A stretch of 64,000 nucleotides of DNA from an uncultured archaeon (lineage in GTDB: Archaea; Thermoplasmatota; Penumbrarchaeia; JASLWR01), in assembly GCA_964342815.1 (NCBI GenBank), contig CAYFHS010000001.1, positions 1 through 64,000 of the forward strand, read 5' to 3'. Positions within the stretch are counted from its first letter, which is position 1, and every line of letters starts with the position of its first letter. Both the position numbers and the translations under genes were made by a program. This document shows positions 8,758 through 17,257 of the stretch, piece by piece. The notes beneath the pieces were generated by a model. That model was not told the DNA's origin. It ran no database searches and saw only the letters and a list, made by a program, of their open reading frames with translations.

Positions 8758-11700
8758 TTAGAAGTCGTCGTCGAAATCTTCATCATCGTCGAACTCGTCG
8801 AACTCATCGTCGTCGAAATCCTCGTCGTCGAACTCATCTTCGCTCTCGTCGTCGAATTCATCCTCGTAATCGTCGAAGTCCTCGTCATCGAAGTCTTCTT
8901 CATCCTCGAACTCCTCGAGCTCTTCGGCATAGTCATCGACACCCTCCATCTCTTCGTCGGAAGGTTCAGGTTCGAACTCGTCGAATCCATCATCTTCTTC
9001 GAGAGCGCCCATGTCATCGTCGAAGTCCTCGCCGATGCCTTCTTCGCCTTCCTCTTCAAGATCGATTCCGGCTTCCTCGGGCTTCTTCTTTCTCATGAGG
9101 AGAACTAACACGATTATTACTACGAGAACTACAACGACTATGATGATGATCCACATCAGCATGCTGCTGTCGTCTGCATCTTCTTTCTCGATAACGACCG
9201 TGATGGGAGTCAGAACATCTGCCAAACTGTAATCTCCTTCATGTACTACCTTGCCATCCTTAAGGACTTTGTAGGACGTACCATCAGGCAGAAGCAGCAG
9301 CGGCATATCTACGACGCCCATACCGAGTTCGTTGGTCTCACCCTCGTAATCCTTGCCGTTGTAGGTCACGATTACTTTAAGTCCCTCTATCGGAAGGCCG
9401 TCCTCATCGACGAAAATACCTACGGTGATGGGCCAAAGATCTTCGACGCCATCTGCAAGGTCTAGCACTATTGTGCCAAGGTCAATGTCAGATCCATTTA
9501 TCGTCACTGTCTTGGTCGTGGTGTTATACCCGGTTGCACTGAAGGTCAGTGTAACAGTCGAACCGTTGAGAAGTTGATCGATTACGAATCCACCGGTTAC
9601 GTTATCCACATCCACAGGGAATATGAAAGTCTTCGTAACTGTCGCATTTACTGGATTGACCTTTCCGGTAATCTTGTAGTATACCGGGGGCACGGACAGT
9701 GTGAAGTTCTTTTCTGTAAGTGCTGTAGTGAAGACTATGTCCTCGGAATGATCTTCGTAGCCGGTTGCAGTCACTGTTACAGCCCAGGTCCCGGGTGTTA
9801 CATCCTCGATGAGGAAGTATCCGGTTGCATTGGACGTTGCTGTCAGGTTTGAGTATGTTTTTGTCGTCACATTTGTCAAGTTACCGCTGATATTCTGCTG
9901 TTCGGTCGTCTCGGTGAAGATCACTACAGTGACCTTAGCTCCAACGATCACGGGGCCGGTGGCGCTAACCACAAAGCCGCCGAGTTCACCGGTGGTATCA
10001 GTGGGTTCCTTGGCTTCCCACTCTTCGAGGGAGAAGTCAACGGTTTCGAGATTGTCACCAACGTTCAACGTAAATGTAGTCTCGTTGGAATCAACGTATC
10101 CTGTTGCATTGACGTAGGTCGTATACGTGCCGAAATCCAATGTCTTCGTATAGTTACCATCTGCATCGGTTGTGGTGTTGAAGTACGTAGTAACATTCAC
10201 GGTTACATTTGTAAGGTTACCGCTTATGTTCTGCTGCTCCACAACTTGATTCACCTGATAAATGACAACTTTAGCGCTTGCTATATATGTGGTATTGTTC
10301 CCGGTACCGGTTGATACCCTACCGGATACCGTTCCATCCACAGGGAGCGGCTCAAGAACGTCGAAGCCAGTACTATCGACCTCTTCGACCTGGAACTCGC
10401 TGTCGTTGGCTATAAAGGCATATTCATAATCTGTTCCCACAACTGCGGTCCAAGCGTACGTGAAGTTGTTGCCATCCGTATAATCGGTGTCCGTTGCGTT
10501 CTCAGCGGTCAAGGTATAGTTCGCGACATAGGTGTCGAACATCTTGGAGGTTGCGTTCCAGTCCATACCCAGATAAAGTTTTATGGATGTCGGAGCGTCG
10601 TCATCGTCGTCCTCGTAAGCTACGATAAAGGTTACCGTATCTCCGCCATATATGGTTGCACCAAGAGTGGTTTCATCGTTCAGTGTAGGAGCATGATTAA
10701 GTTCCAGTACTGTGAATGTATCGGCGGGGTCCGTACCAGTGTCATTGAAATCCACGGATAAGGTATAGACACCAGGCTCGGCAATAACGTTGGCGTAGGG
10801 GTGTTCATGGGAATCAGTGGGGTCGATTGGACCGGTACTTAGCATTTCTTCCACTGACCATCCGGTCTTGCTTAGGTTTACGGTATACACAAAGTCGTGC
10901 ACCACATTACCGGAGTTTGTCACGTTTATCCACGCATTAAGGGAATCCCCTTCGTTGATCGTGTCATCCATGATCTCAAGCGTTGGTGTGTAGGCGATCA
11001 CGTCCATGATTTTGAATGACTCGTTTGCATCCAAATCTTCAACAGCGTCCCCATTTACTTCGGTACAGTTCCATGTGACATTTACAGCATAGTCACCTTC
11101 CATGGGAGGGGTCCACATGTAGATAGCTTCTGCTTCGTCACCAGCAGCCAAACCGGGTAATTTTACACCGCTTGTATTGTCAGTAACATTGGTAGCGTTT
11201 ACCACAGTAATATTTACCGTGATATCTGCAGTTATCTCCTTGTTGCCGTTGTTGGTGATGGTTGCTACTATTTCCAGCGTATCATTGGCGTAGAAACCAC
11301 CTGACACATTCCCGTTGAAAGAGATACCTTCGTATTCTATCGTGAGGTTGTAGACATCCTCGAAGGTATATGTCTTGTTCATGTAGTCGCTCTCGGTACC
11401 GTTCCAAATGGTGACGTTCACCCAATGGCTAGCCGCATTGAAGGTCCAGTTATTCGCAGAAATTATTGTATGGTTCCCGCCAATATAGGGGCCCATCAGT
11501 GTTTGGGCCTCATTTGCTCCAGCGCTTGAGTTAATTGTCACGTTCAATCCCACTAATGCGGTGGTATTGAATTCGAATGTGACATTGTAAGTACCAGGCT
11601 CCAACTTTCCTTCAGAGCTTTCATTCGCATCTTTTATCCCGATACTGTTGATCAGGACCGGCGTATCTCTCGTGGCTCTCGACTCAGCGCCCGTGCTGGA

Positions 11701-11778
11701 ACTCAGCAACGGAAATGCGCCCAAGACAAGAAAGATCACTAGCAGATAAGCCATTAATCTTTTCATACTGTTTTTCAT
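8758..11778 (-). CDS. Cell-surface protein with CARDB/carboxypeptidase-regulatory-like domains, TM and long Asp/Glu/Phe-rich cytoplasmic tail
   Basis: Signal peptide, GAGGTGA SD, repeated beta-sandwich motifs, TM WIIIIVVVVLVVIIVLVLLM followed by RKKKPEE, EDFDD-repeat tail. Confidence 0.85.
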   Translation of the reverse strand: MKNSMKRLMAYLLVIFLVLGAFPLLSSSTGAESRATRDTPVLINSIGIKDANESSEGKLEPGTYNVTFEFNTTALVGLNVTINSSAGANEAQTLMGPYIGGNHTIISANNWTFNAASHWVNVTIWNGTESDYMNKTYTFEDVYNLTIEYEGISFNGNVSGGFYANDTLEIVATITNNGNKEITADITVNITVVNATNVTDNTSGVKLPGLAAGDEAEAIYMWTPPMEGDYAVNVTWNCTEVNGDAVEDLDANESFKIMDVIAYTPTLEIMDDTINEGDSLNAWINVTNSGNVVHDFVYTVNLSKTGWSVEEMLSTGPIDPTDSHEHPYANVIAEPGVYTLSVDFNDTGTDPADTFTVLELNHAPTLNDETTLGATIYGGDTVTFIVAYEDDDDDAPTSIKLYLGMDWNATSKMFDTYVANYTLTAENATDTDYTDGNNFTYAWTAVVGTDYEYAFIANDSEFQVEEVDSTGFDVLEPLPVDGTVSGRVSTGTGNNTTYIASAKVVIYQVNQVVEQQNISGNLTNVTVNVTTYFNTTTDADGNYTKTLDFGTYTTYVNATGYVDSNETTFTLNVGDNLETVDFSLEEWEAKEPTDTTGELGGFVVSATGPVIVGAKVTVVIFTETTEQQNISGNLTNVTTKTYSNLTATSNATGYFLIEDVTPGTWAVTVTATGYEDHSEDIVFTTALTEKNFTLSVPPVYYKITGKVNPVNATVTKTFIFPVDVDNVTGGFVIDQLLNGSTVTLTFSATGYNTTTKTVTINGSDIDLGTIVLDLADGVEDLWPITVGIFVDEDGLPIEGLKVIVTYNGKDYEGETNELGMGVVDMPLLLLPDGTSYKVLKDGKVVHEGDYSLADVLTPITVVIEKEDADDSSMLMWIIIIVVVVLVVIIVLVLLMRKKKPEEAGIDLEEEGEEGIGEDFDDDMGALEEDDGFDEFEPEPSDEEMEGVDDYAEELEEFEDEEDFDDEDFDDYEDEFDDESEDEFDDEDFDDDEFDEFDDDEDFDDDF

Positions 11779-12153
11779 TTTTTCACCTCAATTTTTCAAA
11801 AATTGCTTTCTTTTTATGCTCTTTATACTCTTATCGTATAAAATCCCCCCTATTACCGTGTTCATATTATATAAAGTTAATGGGTGTATTTAAAACCCCC
11901 GCCTCGCCTGGTAGGAATAAATAAGGTAAAAATCAACAATCCAATCCTTTAAATTAACAAAGACGATATCTCGTAAAAACGCACTCGTGTTCCACTCTTG
12001 TCGTGATTAAGTTCTCATTTTGTCGTATTGCAGTATCGTCTCGGAATATTGAGATAAAATATCTGGAAGAATCAGTCAAATTTTCTATACTCTTTGCGAA
12101 ATCCCGGTCAAAAAATGGAAAATAATATTATCCATGATCCGACTACGTAGAAC

Positions 12154-12511
12154 GGTGGTCGGGAGCGGGTGGACGGCTGACGGTGCTTCTATATGGAGTT
12201 GCTGAGGAAAGTCCTCCCTCCCCCGGGCAAGGGGACCCGGGGCAATCCGGGTGTCTGAGAAGGCAGGCTCTGGAGCAGAAACGACACAGCCAATACCATA
12301 CCGGTTTCGGCCGGTCCGGAATGATGAGTTAGGCTCGGACGACGGTATTGGAATTGATGAAACGGCCAACCTCCCCGGAGCAAGTCCAAACAAATTGGGA
12401 TGATAGGCCCGTTGACCATAAGGTGGGACGCTAAGTCGAATGCCGTCTAGGACATGTACGGTAACGTCATGTCCAAAACAGAAGGAGGCTTACTACCCGG
12501 ACCTGGCCACC
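12154..12511 (+). ncRNA. rnpB: RNase P RNA (archaeal, likely type A)
   Basis: Universal GAGGAAAGUCC (12195-12205 region) and AACAGAA-GGAGGCUUAC (12476-12493) P4 halves; P1 ggtggtcggg/cctggccacc; P2 gacggc/gccgtc; P19-like ggacatg/catgtcc; T-run downstream. Confidence 0.95.
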
Positions 12512-12800
12512 TACTTTTTCTTTTTGTTCCTGTCTCCGCTGGCCGAGGGGTATAAAAGAAAAAGCAGCCCAAATAAGAAAATACCCCTCGTCCTGCTCGA
12601 CAGGAGATGATGGTTATTTTGTTCTCAGAAAAAGTGTTTCAATAAAAAAACGCAGCCTACACTAACTGGCCGAAGGTGGTATACAAAGTGTCCGCGATCC
12701 CTATAAATCATATAATATCAGTATTATAATATACAATAATAATCGCTTTTTGAGAATCCCATAACAAAATTTTATTTATCCCTTTTCCACTAATACTCCC

Positions 12801-13178
12801 ATGACCGTCAAGGATAAGGTCGGAAGAAAGAGATATATTCTGGTAAATACCTCCACCTCGTCACTTCAGCGTGGAAGTCTTATCCATCTGGTGAACAAGA
12901 AATTCAAACGATATTCCTTGAGAACGAATCTGCCTCGGGAATTAAAACCCCCGTGGCTAACTGTCCTGGACCGAAACTATGCCATATTCAAATGCCAGCA
13001 TAAAGAGAAAACGTTTATGGTGGACTTCCTGGAAGGTTTGGAGCTTATTCGGGGAAACTCCGTCGGTCAAAGGACTCTGCCTGTGAAACTGAAGGTCCTC
13101 AGGGTATCTGGTACAATAAAAAAGCTGAAGAAGAAGATCGACAGCTACAAGAACATCGGAGGTGTCAACCATGGATAA
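12801..13178 (+). CDS. rnp2: RNase P protein component 2 (Pop5/Rpp14 family)
   Basis: N-terminal RKRYI and C-terminal VSGTIKKL family motifs; basic protein of about 125 aa; next to rnpB. Confidence 0.8.
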   Translation: MTVKDKVGRKRYILVNTSTSSLQRGSLIHLVNKKFKRYSLRTNLPRELKPPWLTVLDRNYAIFKCQHKEKTFMVDFLEGLELIRGNSVGQRTLPVKLKVLRVSGTIKKLKKKIDSYKNIGGVNHG

Positions 13179-13401
13179 TGCATGGTATATTCCATCTGAG
13201 CGGATCTACAAGAACATTCGTGGGATTCTGGAGACTCAACTGGTGCTCCAGGACATCAGTCCCAACCTGGCGGAAGAATTGATGAAGGTAGCGGGAGCGC
13301 CCCACTTCGATTTCAAGGGAATTGACCGTCTTTTGGACCATATTGCAATCTCCACCAATGAAAAGAGCGGTGATATCAAGGATGCGGATCAACACCATTG
13401 A
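13171..13401 (+). CDS. Small helical protein resembling DNA-modification-system-associated small proteins
   Basis: GGAGGTG SD before ATG 13171; overlaps the rnp2 stop and the downstream ATPase start; family resemblance by eye only. Confidence 0.55.
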   Translation: MDNAWYIPSERIYKNIRGILETQLVLQDISPNLAEELMKVAGAPHFDFKGIDRLLDHIAISTNEKSGDIKDADQHH

Positions 13402-15475
13402 GCTGTACAATTACAGGGTATTTTACGGTAAACACAGGCTGGTCATCGGCCCGGGAGAAAGCAGAGGTAAAAATCCTCCCGCTCTGGCCGTGATAATTGG
13501 GAGGAACGGGAGCGGTAAGAGTGTTATTCTCGATTCGGTGGTCTTCGCCCTTTTCGGAACGGATCGACGCAACGGTAATGTCGAGGCTGAGTACGCGTCA
13601 GTGATGAACAGGCATGCAAGAAAGCTCGGAGAGAAAAAATGTTATGTCCACATCGGCTTATCTATTGACGGCAGGGAATTCGGTTTGACCCGTGAGATAG
13701 GCCCTTCCGGCAACTCCAAGATCACGGTGAAAGTTGATGGAGCAATGGGGGACCAGGAGGAGTTATCTGCCGTGCTTCGAAATCATATTTCCCCTGAGAG
13801 CGCAAAATACCTTTTCTTCAGTTTCAGGGCCGGTCCAGCAAATAAGCTGCACTTGTCCAGCAGGGATGCTATCAACTCCTTTCTGGGGATAGATATTCTG
13901 GAAAACACGAAACGTAATCTGTCGCTCTATCATAAAAAGGTATTCCGCTTCGTGGAGAGAAACACCAGGGCCAAGGAATTATCGGATATAAAGCGGTCGA
14001 TGAAGAATATAAAACAGAAGAGAAAAATACTCAGAAACGATGCGGAAAATAGAACTGAACGAATTCGGAAACTGAAAAGGGAACACCGCACCTTCTTGAA
14101 AGAGGCATACAAGATCAGGGGCCTTGGTCGTGTTATAGACCTGCATCAGAGAATCCAAAAAAAGATGTTCAGTCTGAAAAAAGAACTATCCGACGAGAGG
14201 AAAAATCAAAGAGCCCGTTATGATCTCGCACCTTATTTTCTTATGAACGAACAGATCGAGACCGCCCTCGATAGATTGAAAAAACGAATTACAAAACAAG
14301 ATGGTCTTCGCTATAAAACGGGACGGCTGGACTCCCAGTTGGAATTGGTAGAAACGTTTTTCGAACCGGGTATAAATTCCGGGAAATGCGGTTTTTGCGA
14401 CAGCAGGATAAAAAAATCATCCGAAACGTCTCTCGAGGTGAACCGCTTGAAGAGTGATCTGAAAGCCGAACTGGATTCCATGGATCGGGAGATGGAAGAG
14501 AACAAAATACCTCCGAACATCAACCTTGAAAAGGTTCAGGAAACGGTATATGTTCTGGATCGATACAAGGAAGACCTTAAAAGGGTCATCAATGGACGAC
14601 GGGACAAGATAGCCAAGATAGGCCGGCTGAAAAAAAGTGCCAGGAACCTTCTGGTCCGTTTCCCCACCCTGGCCAAGGTAGGGACCCCCCCGGGTTCGGA
14701 TAAGCGGTTCGGAGATTTCGTAAATAAAATAAGCCGAAAAAGAGTTGAGCTGAACGACGCCCGTATCGACCTTGCGAGAACCAGACAGCAGTTGAAGGAT
14801 ATGAAAGCACAGTATGAAGAATATTTTGCGAAATTCAAGAATATCACACTATCAATGCGGGCTTCTATAAACCGTTATCTAAAAAGAGCGGAAATGTCAG
14901 TAAAGGTGGTTCATGCCATCAGTTCGTCCATAAAGGAAATCCAGGTCGAGAGCAGGGGGGCAATCGAAGCCGGCCTGAATAAGATACTTTCAGGTATCTT
15001 CTCCAAGAAGGGACTTATCGAAAGGGTTGTTCTTAAAAAAAGCGATTACTCGCTGGCGGTAAAGATTAGCTCCGAAGGGGAGAACAAGGGCAGGAGTGCC
15101 GTGGAGGTAAATGAATTTTCAGACGGTGAAAGGGTATTGATATTCATTTCTCTGGTATGGGCTTTAAACCGTTTGCGCGGCGGATCAACTATCCTGTATG
15201 ACTCACCTTTCTGCTACCTCGATTCGAAAAACAAACGGTCAATAGTACAACCACTCTCACGCTTACCTGGCAATCAGGTAATTCTTACCACCATGGACGA
15301 CCTTTCTGGTGTATATGACGATCTTCTCGTTCATGCCGATCGGATCTACGATATCCGATATAACGACGAGCTTAAAAGTTCAACGGTGGTGGAGAGGAAA
15401 ATAAGAACTGTAACTCCTTCTGAAGAATGGAAATGGGTACCGGTAACCAGTGCAAATGTGGAGGGAGACCCATGA
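13382..15475 (+). CDS. SMC/Rad50-like ABC ATPase of DndD type
   Basis: MRINTIELYNYRVFYG, Walker A GRNGSGKS, long coiled coil with central CGFC hook, signature FSDGER, Walker B ILYDSPFCYLD, QVILTT (the DSP/DTP Walker B and missing H-loop His are DndD-like). Confidence 0.85.
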   Translation: MRINTIELYNYRVFYGKHRLVIGPGESRGKNPPALAVIIGRNGSGKSVILDSVVFALFGTDRRNGNVEAEYASVMNRHARKLGEKKCYVHIGLSIDGREFGLTREIGPSGNSKITVKVDGAMGDQEELSAVLRNHISPESAKYLFFSFRAGPANKLHLSSRDAINSFLGIDILENTKRNLSLYHKKVFRFVERNTRAKELSDIKRSMKNIKQKRKILRNDAENRTERIRKLKREHRTFLKEAYKIRGLGRVIDLHQRIQKKMFSLKKELSDERKNQRARYDLAPYFLMNEQIETALDRLKKRITKQDGLRYKTGRLDSQLELVETFFEPGINSGKCGFCDSRIKKSSETSLEVNRLKSDLKAELDSMDREMEENKIPPNINLEKVQETVYVLDRYKEDLKRVINGRRDKIAKIGRLKKSARNLLVRFPTLAKVGTPPGSDKRFGDFVNKISRKRVELNDARIDLARTRQQLKDMKAQYEEYFAKFKNITLSMRASINRYLKRAEMSVKVVHAISSSIKEIQVESRGAIEAGLNKILSGIFSKKGLIERVVLKKSDYSLAVKISSEGENKGRSAVEVNEFSDGERVLIFISLVWALNRLRGGSTILYDSPFCYLDSKNKRSIVQPLSRLPGNQVILTTMDDLSGVYDDLLVHADRIYDIRYNDELKSSTVVERKIRTVTPSEEWKWVPVTSANVEGDP

Positions 15476-15849
15476 AGATAAAGATGGCTGAAAGGCATCT
15501 GCGATTTCTCGGATCGCTCCCCTTATGCGGTACAACGATGATGCAGATGACCCTCGTAAGGACCGCTGCTGCTCTGGGGACGCTGCTAAACAGAAAAGTT
15601 CCCGCTTCAGAGTTGAAAGAGGAGTCATATAATTATTACGAGTTGGATGAAAAGACGATCTTCTATCTGATCTTCCATGATCGCGGCGAGGCAGATAATA
15701 TGGAGGATGCGGCCCATAACTTTGCCCGTTACTGTGGAGGTGGTATGGACATCATCGAGTCCATGGTAAATGATATGGACGGGGAACGTTTGAGTCTGGA
15801 TGAGATACTGGATATTATAGACGAATACATTGCGAGGAACACCAGGTGA
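15472..15849 (+). CDS. Dnd-associated protein 4 / DndE-like small protein
   Basis: ATGA overlap with the ATPase stop, GGAGG SD; RTAAALG and FARYCGGGMDII resemble the AAxxG and FEEYANGGL motifs of this family. Confidence 0.6.
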   Translation: MKIKMAERHLRFLGSLPLCGTTMMQMTLVRTAAALGTLLNRKVPASELKEESYNYYELDEKTIFYLIFHDRGEADNMEDAAHNFARYCGGGMDIIESMVNDMDGERLSLDEILDIIDEYIARNTR

Positions 15850-15865
15850 AAGGAGTAAGATCGCT

Positions 15866-16228
15866 TTGACCCGACATAAAGGAAGGAAACGCGGACGTGG
15901 GCGGAGGGGGATGAGGACGGCCAGGATGGAACGGATAGGAGCGGAGAGAATAGATATGCTTGTGCGTGATGCAAAGCTGTTTGCCGGGTGCGGCGATGAG
16001 GAACTGGCCGCGAGATACATGGTCCGGGCGAAGAAGATCGCCATGAGATTGAACCTAAAAACAATGGGAAAATACAGGGGTGAATTCTGCAATGAATGCA
16101 TGGTTCCTTTTGTAAGTTCCTCCATTTTCAGGGCCAGGCTTCATGGAAAGAAGAAGGTGATCACATGTCTCAGATGCGGTAATGTACATCGAAGGCCGTT
16201 CGGTAATAGGAATGTGGAACAAAAATAA
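15866..16228 (+). CDS. rnp4: RNase P protein component 4 (Rpp21)
   Basis: ERIDML, ARYMVRAKKIAMR, FCNEC and ITCLRCGNVHRRP zinc ribbon; TTG start after AAGGAG. Confidence 0.9.
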   Translation: MTRHKGRKRGRGRRGMRTARMERIGAERIDMLVRDAKLFAGCGDEELAARYMVRAKKIAMRLNLKTMGKYRGEFCNECMVPFVSSSIFRARLHGKKKVITCLRCGNVHRRPFGNRNVEQK

Positions 16229-16252
16229 GCGATATAAGCGGAAGGTAAATAC

Positions 16253-16516
16253 ATGGATTCATCACATAAAATGAAACTAAGGGCGGAAGCACAGCGAATA
16301 AAACCAGCCATAAGGATAGGTCGTAATGGTCTCACGTCATCGGTGATAGAAGAGATCCGGTCGCAGCTCAAGGCCAGACGATTGATGAAAGTGCTGGCAC
16401 TGAGGAGTTATCTCTCCGAAAACACCATGGATGATGCAGCAAGCGACATCAAGAATTCCATTCACGGCGTTCATGTGATCGAGGTGAAAGGGCACACTTT
16501 AGTGCTGTATAAATGA
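16253..16516 (+). CDS. yhbY: YhbY/CRS1 (CRM) RNA-binding protein
   Basis: LRAEAQRIKPAIRIGRNGLTSSVIEEIRSQLKARRLMKV and KGHTLVLYK. Confidence 0.9.
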   Translation: MDSSHKMKLRAEAQRIKPAIRIGRNGLTSSVIEEIRSQLKARRLMKVLALRSYLSENTMDDAASDIKNSIHGVHVIEVKGHTLVLYK

Positions 16517-16696
16517 TCAATCACTGTCAGATATGGTCGCGTGTGCCCTGGGAGTTTCTTTCAAATAACGAGAAAAACTTATTTTGGCGGCAGATAGATT
16601 ACAAACATTATTTATATCTTTATATAGTTCGCTGATTCGTATATAATATTCCCGGAAATTATCGAGTATCAGTTGTACTGGAATGGAAGTGCGGAA

Positions 16697-17218
16697 ATGA
16701 GCTGGGTGTGTATGAGATGCGGTTTCATCAACGAGGATGATTCCAGTTTTATATGTGAAAGGTGCAATAATAATCAACCATTTCAGTGTGAGATAGCTGC
16801 GGGAACCGAAGATGATGGTGGAATTCCCGCACCCCCCGGGGGGGAAGCGGACCATGATGAATGGGATGGAAACGGCCACGAAGACGGAACTGACGATGTG
16901 TGGGTTGACGAGGAGGACAATGAGGAAGGGGAAGATGAGGAAGATGGAGAGGGAGAAGAGGACGGAGAGGACGAAGGGGGAGAAGAGGAATGGGATGATA
17001 CGCCTCCCGAGCCTGATGATGAAGATGTGGTGGAGCCAGTAGAGCCTTCCCTTCCGTACATCTGTCCGAAATGCAAGAGGAAGATCAGGGACCATTGGAC
17101 CAGTTGCGCATATTGCGGTACCCCGCTGAGGGGTGTGAGCCGTGCCAAATGTCCCAGCTGTGGGAAACCGATGAATAAGGGATGGGCCCTCTGTGCATAC
17201 TGTGGTAAGAAATGTTAA
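16697..17218 (+). CDS. Zinc-finger protein: RanBP2-type finger, acidic linker, double zinc ribbon
   Basis: WVCMRCGFINE..CERC; D/E-rich linker; CPKC..CAYC..CPSC..CAYC. Confidence 0.8.
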   Translation: MSWVCMRCGFINEDDSSFICERCNNNQPFQCEIAAGTEDDGGIPAPPGGEADHDEWDGNGHEDGTDDVWVDEEDNEEGEDEEDGEGEEDGEDEGGEEEWDDTPPEPDDEDVVEPVEPSLPYICPKCKRKIRDHWTSCAYCGTPLRGVSRAKCPSCGKPMNKGWALCAYCGKKC

Positions 17219-17257
17219 CTTGAATGTCAGATTATAAAATTATGGGGGGAAGAGTAA

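Noticed and set aside
13151-15848. Weak repeat gaaca...aggtg at both ends of the Dnd-like trio as a possible target-site duplication
   Set aside because: Short, imperfect and largely explained by the SD (AGGTG) sequence
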